Assembly (NCBI GenBank): GCA_044222065.1 | Contig: JBGAOA010000006.1 | Span: 23,129 to 87,128, forward strand | DNA: 64,000 bases | Source of the DNA: Candidatus Eiseniibacteriota bacterium | GTDB lineage: Bacteria; Eisenbacteria; RBG-16-71-46 | Direction: 5' to 3' | Shown here: piece after piece, positions 61,765 through 64,000 of the stretch | Layout of the letters: each line of letters opens with the position of its first letter | Numbering within the stretch: position 1 is the first letter of the stretch | Made by a program: the position numbers and the translations under genes | The notes under the pieces: model-generated | Database searches by the model: none | What the model was told of the DNA's origin: nothing | Seen by the model: the letters and a program-made list of their open reading frames with translations, nothing else

Positions 61765-62703
61765 ATGAAACCGCACTCGTTCGCCTGCCTCCTCGCGCTC
61801 ACGGCCGCGGCGTTCGCGCCGCCCGCGCGCGCCGCCGAACCCGCCGCCCTTCCCGCGTCGCCCGTCGCCGCGATCCGCAACAAACTCTCGGCCGCCGACC
61901 TCCTGAGCGCCGAATCGCTGCTCGAGGTGTACGGCCGCAGGGCCGGCCGCGACTCGAACTACTTCGAAGCGCTCGGCTGGGTCGCGCGCGGCGCGTTCAT
62001 GCTCGGCGAACCCGCGAAGGCGGCGCGCTACGCCGCCGACGTGTGCCGCGAGTGCGACGCGCGGCTCGCCGCGGGCGCCGACCTCGCGCTCGAGCCGAAG
62101 CTCGCGACGGCGCTCGGCGCCGGCGTCGAGGTCGAGGCGCAGGTGCGCGAACGCGCCCGCGGGAAGCGCGCGGCGGCGGCGTACCTCGACGACTGCCTCG
62201 CACGCTACGCGAAGCCCGTCTCGTTCCGCTCGCGGCTCCACAAGCGGCGGAACCTGATCGCGCTGCGCGGCGAGCGGGCGCCCGAACTCGCGGTCGAGGA
62301 CTGGATCGGCGAGAGCCCGAAGCCGCTCGCCTCGCACCGCGGCCGGCCGGTCGTGCTGTTCGTGTGGCGCGCGACGTGCGGTGACTGCTCGGCGCAGTCC
62401 GCGACGCTCGCGCGCGCCGTCGAGCGCTGGGCGCCGAAGGGCGTGGACGTGGTCGCGCTCACGCGCTACTACGAGGACGACCGCACGGCCGAGAAGGCGT
62501 ACGTGGACAGCGTGTGGAACGCGACCTACCGGGACGTCGGCGCGATCCCGCGCGTGATCAGCACGGCCTCGATGGAGCGCTACGGCGGTTCGAGCACGCC
62601 GACGTTCGTGTTCATCGGGCGCGACGGCCGCGTGCGCGACTACCTGCCGTACCGGCTCGACGAGTCCGAACTCGACCGGCGGATCGCAGCGATCGCCGAC
62701 TGA
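61765..62703 (+). CDS. Secreted TlpA/thioredoxin-fold redoxin with helical N-terminal domain
   Basis: Signal peptide. APEL, GRPVVLFVWRATCGDC (CxxC) and TPTFVFIGRDGRVR. Confidence 0.85.
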   Translation: MKPHSFACLLALTAAAFAPPARAAEPAALPASPVAAIRNKLSAADLLSAESLLEVYGRRAGRDSNYFEALGWVARGAFMLGEPAKAARYAADVCRECDARLAAGADLALEPKLATALGAGVEVEAQVRERARGKRAAAAYLDDCLARYAKPVSFRSRLHKRRNLIALRGERAPELAVEDWIGESPKPLASHRGRPVVLFVWRATCGDCSAQSATLARAVERWAPKGVDVVALTRYYEDDRTAEKAYVDSVWNATYRDVGAIPRVISTASMERYGGSSTPTFVFIGRDGRVRDYLPYRLDESELDRRIAAIAD

Positions 62704-62817
62704 GCGGACGCCGCGGGCGGCGCGCCGCGATCCCGCGCGCCGCCCGCCGATGTGGTAGTGATCGCCGCGGCGCCGCCGGAGGCGCGCGCCGCGAAGCGCC
62801 ACGCCGCGAGGGATCGC

Positions 62818-63534
62818 ATGGGCCGCCGCCGCTCGAGTCCGACGTCCGATTCGCCGCCGACGATCTCGGCCGAAGCGACGACGCTGCCCGTCGCCGAGTA
62901 CGAGGCGCCGTCCCCGTGGCGCGACCCCGCGCTGCTCTGGATCGTCGCGGGCAACGCGCTGACGCTGCTCGGGGCGCTCGTCCAGCAATGGCCCGCGAAG
63001 CCCGTCATGTGGGTCTACTGGGGCCAGAGCGTGATCCTCGGCGCCGCGAACGTGATCCGCATGCTGAGCCTCAAGGACTTCACGACCGAGGGGCTCCGGT
63101 CGGGGAACCGGCCCGTCCCCGCGACGCGCGCGGGGCAGGTGAGCACCGCGACGTTCTTCGCGTTTCACTACGGCTTCTTCCACCTCGCGTACGCGTTCTT
63201 CCTGAATTCGAACGCGCTCGGCGGTCCGATGCCGACGGGCGTGCTGATCCCCGTGCTCGCGAACGTCGCGGCGTTCGGCTACGCGCACGCCGGCCCGCTC
63301 GTGCGCGCGGGCGGCAACGATCTCGCCCAGCGGCGTCCGAATCTCGGCACGCTGATGTTCTATCCCTACCTGCGCATCCTCCCGATGCACCTCGCGATCA
63401 TCTTCGGTTCGTCCGCGCCGCAGCAGGCGCTGCCGCTGTTCATCGCGCTCAAGACCGGCGCGGACGTCGGCCTGCACTTCGTCGAGGCGCGGCTCTTCCG
63501 CGGCGCGCCGCGCCCGCGGAGCGACTCCGCGTGA
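62818..63534 (+). CDS. Membrane protein, DUF6498-like
   Basis: YWGQSVILG, FFAFHYGFFH, MFYPYLRILPMHLAII, K..AD..H. Confidence 0.75.
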   Translation: MGRRRSSPTSDSPPTISAEATTLPVAEYEAPSPWRDPALLWIVAGNALTLLGALVQQWPAKPVMWVYWGQSVILGAANVIRMLSLKDFTTEGLRSGNRPVPATRAGQVSTATFFAFHYGFFHLAYAFFLNSNALGGPMPTGVLIPVLANVAAFGYAHAGPLVRAGGNDLAQRRPNLGTLMFYPYLRILPMHLAIIFGSSAPQQALPLFIALKTGADVGLHFVEARLFRGAPRPRSDSA

Positions 63535-63610
63535 GCGCGCCGCTTCCGGCACCGGCGCGCCGCTGGCATACTCGCCGCGCCCTTCCCACTCACGGACGAG
63601 ATCGCGAACG

Positions 63611-64000
63611 ATGAGCCCCACGAGCGCGCTCCGAGAAACGCTCCAGACCGCGCGCGACCGGCTGCGCTCGGGCGATGCCGCGCGCGCGGCGGGCCTGTTC
63701 CGCGCCGTGCTCGCGAGCGAGCCCGGAAACGCCGCCGCGCTGCACGGGCTCGCGCGCGTGGCGCTCGCGGACGGCGAGCGCGAGGACGCGGCGCGGCTGT
63801 TCGCCGCGGCGATCGAATCCGAGCCCGGGGCCGCCGTGCTGCACGCCGACCTCGCGGCGACGCTCCAGGACCTGGGCCGCAACGACGAGGCGCTGGCCGC
63901 GGCGGCGCGCGCGCTCGAACTCGACCCGCGCGGCGCCGCGGCGCTCAACACGCGCGGCAACGCCCTGCGGGCGCTCGGACGCCTCGACGAGTCGCTCGCG
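63611..64000 (+). CDS. TPR-repeat protein, 3' end outside the window
   Basis: Manual translation: ...VLASEPGNAAALHGLA...ALELDPRGAAALNTRGNALRALGRLDESLA. Confidence 0.85.
   Translation, partial: MSPTSALRETLQTARDRLRSGDAARAAGLFRAVLASEPGNAAALHGLARVALADGEREDAARLFAAAIESEPGAAVLHADLAATLQDLGRNDEALAAAARALELDPRGAAALNTRGNALRALGRLDESLA

Noticed and set aside
29..63960. Many long overlapping or antisense ORFs (e.g. 2080..6510, 19490..22867, 44376..49358, 61570..63960)
   Set aside because: Shadow ORFs expected at very high GC. They are Arg/Ala-rich, motif-free and overlap well-supported genes.

Overview
A very GC-rich bacterial window with about 37 protein-coding genes. I saw no rRNA, tRNA, CRISPR array or mobile element. 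Five secreted proteins share a FlgD-Ig/T9SS-CTD-like C-terminal domain. Together with TonB receptors and TPR-sigma54 activators, this suggests an FCB-superphylum diderm such as Ca. Eisenbacteria (inference only). Highlights: (1) a class I lanthipeptide cluster (lanB, short hlyD-like gene and C39-ABC exporter, facing lanA-lanC) whose 51-aa precursor is missing from the ORF track. (2) A small secreted-protein gene translationally coupled to a TPR-sigma54 enhancer-binding protein; the peptide gene and the sensor half form an AT-richer block, resembling a peptide-receptor signalling cassette. (3) An ECF sigma / Ser-Thr kinase / secreted CHAT protease module in which kinase and protease share a near-identical RGIGG(M/L)APS motif. 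(4) An 892-aa headless coiled-coil protein with a candidate sigma54 promoter. Both CHAT genes, lanB, the hlyD-like gene and lanC are frameshifted, most likely by sequencing or assembly indels.
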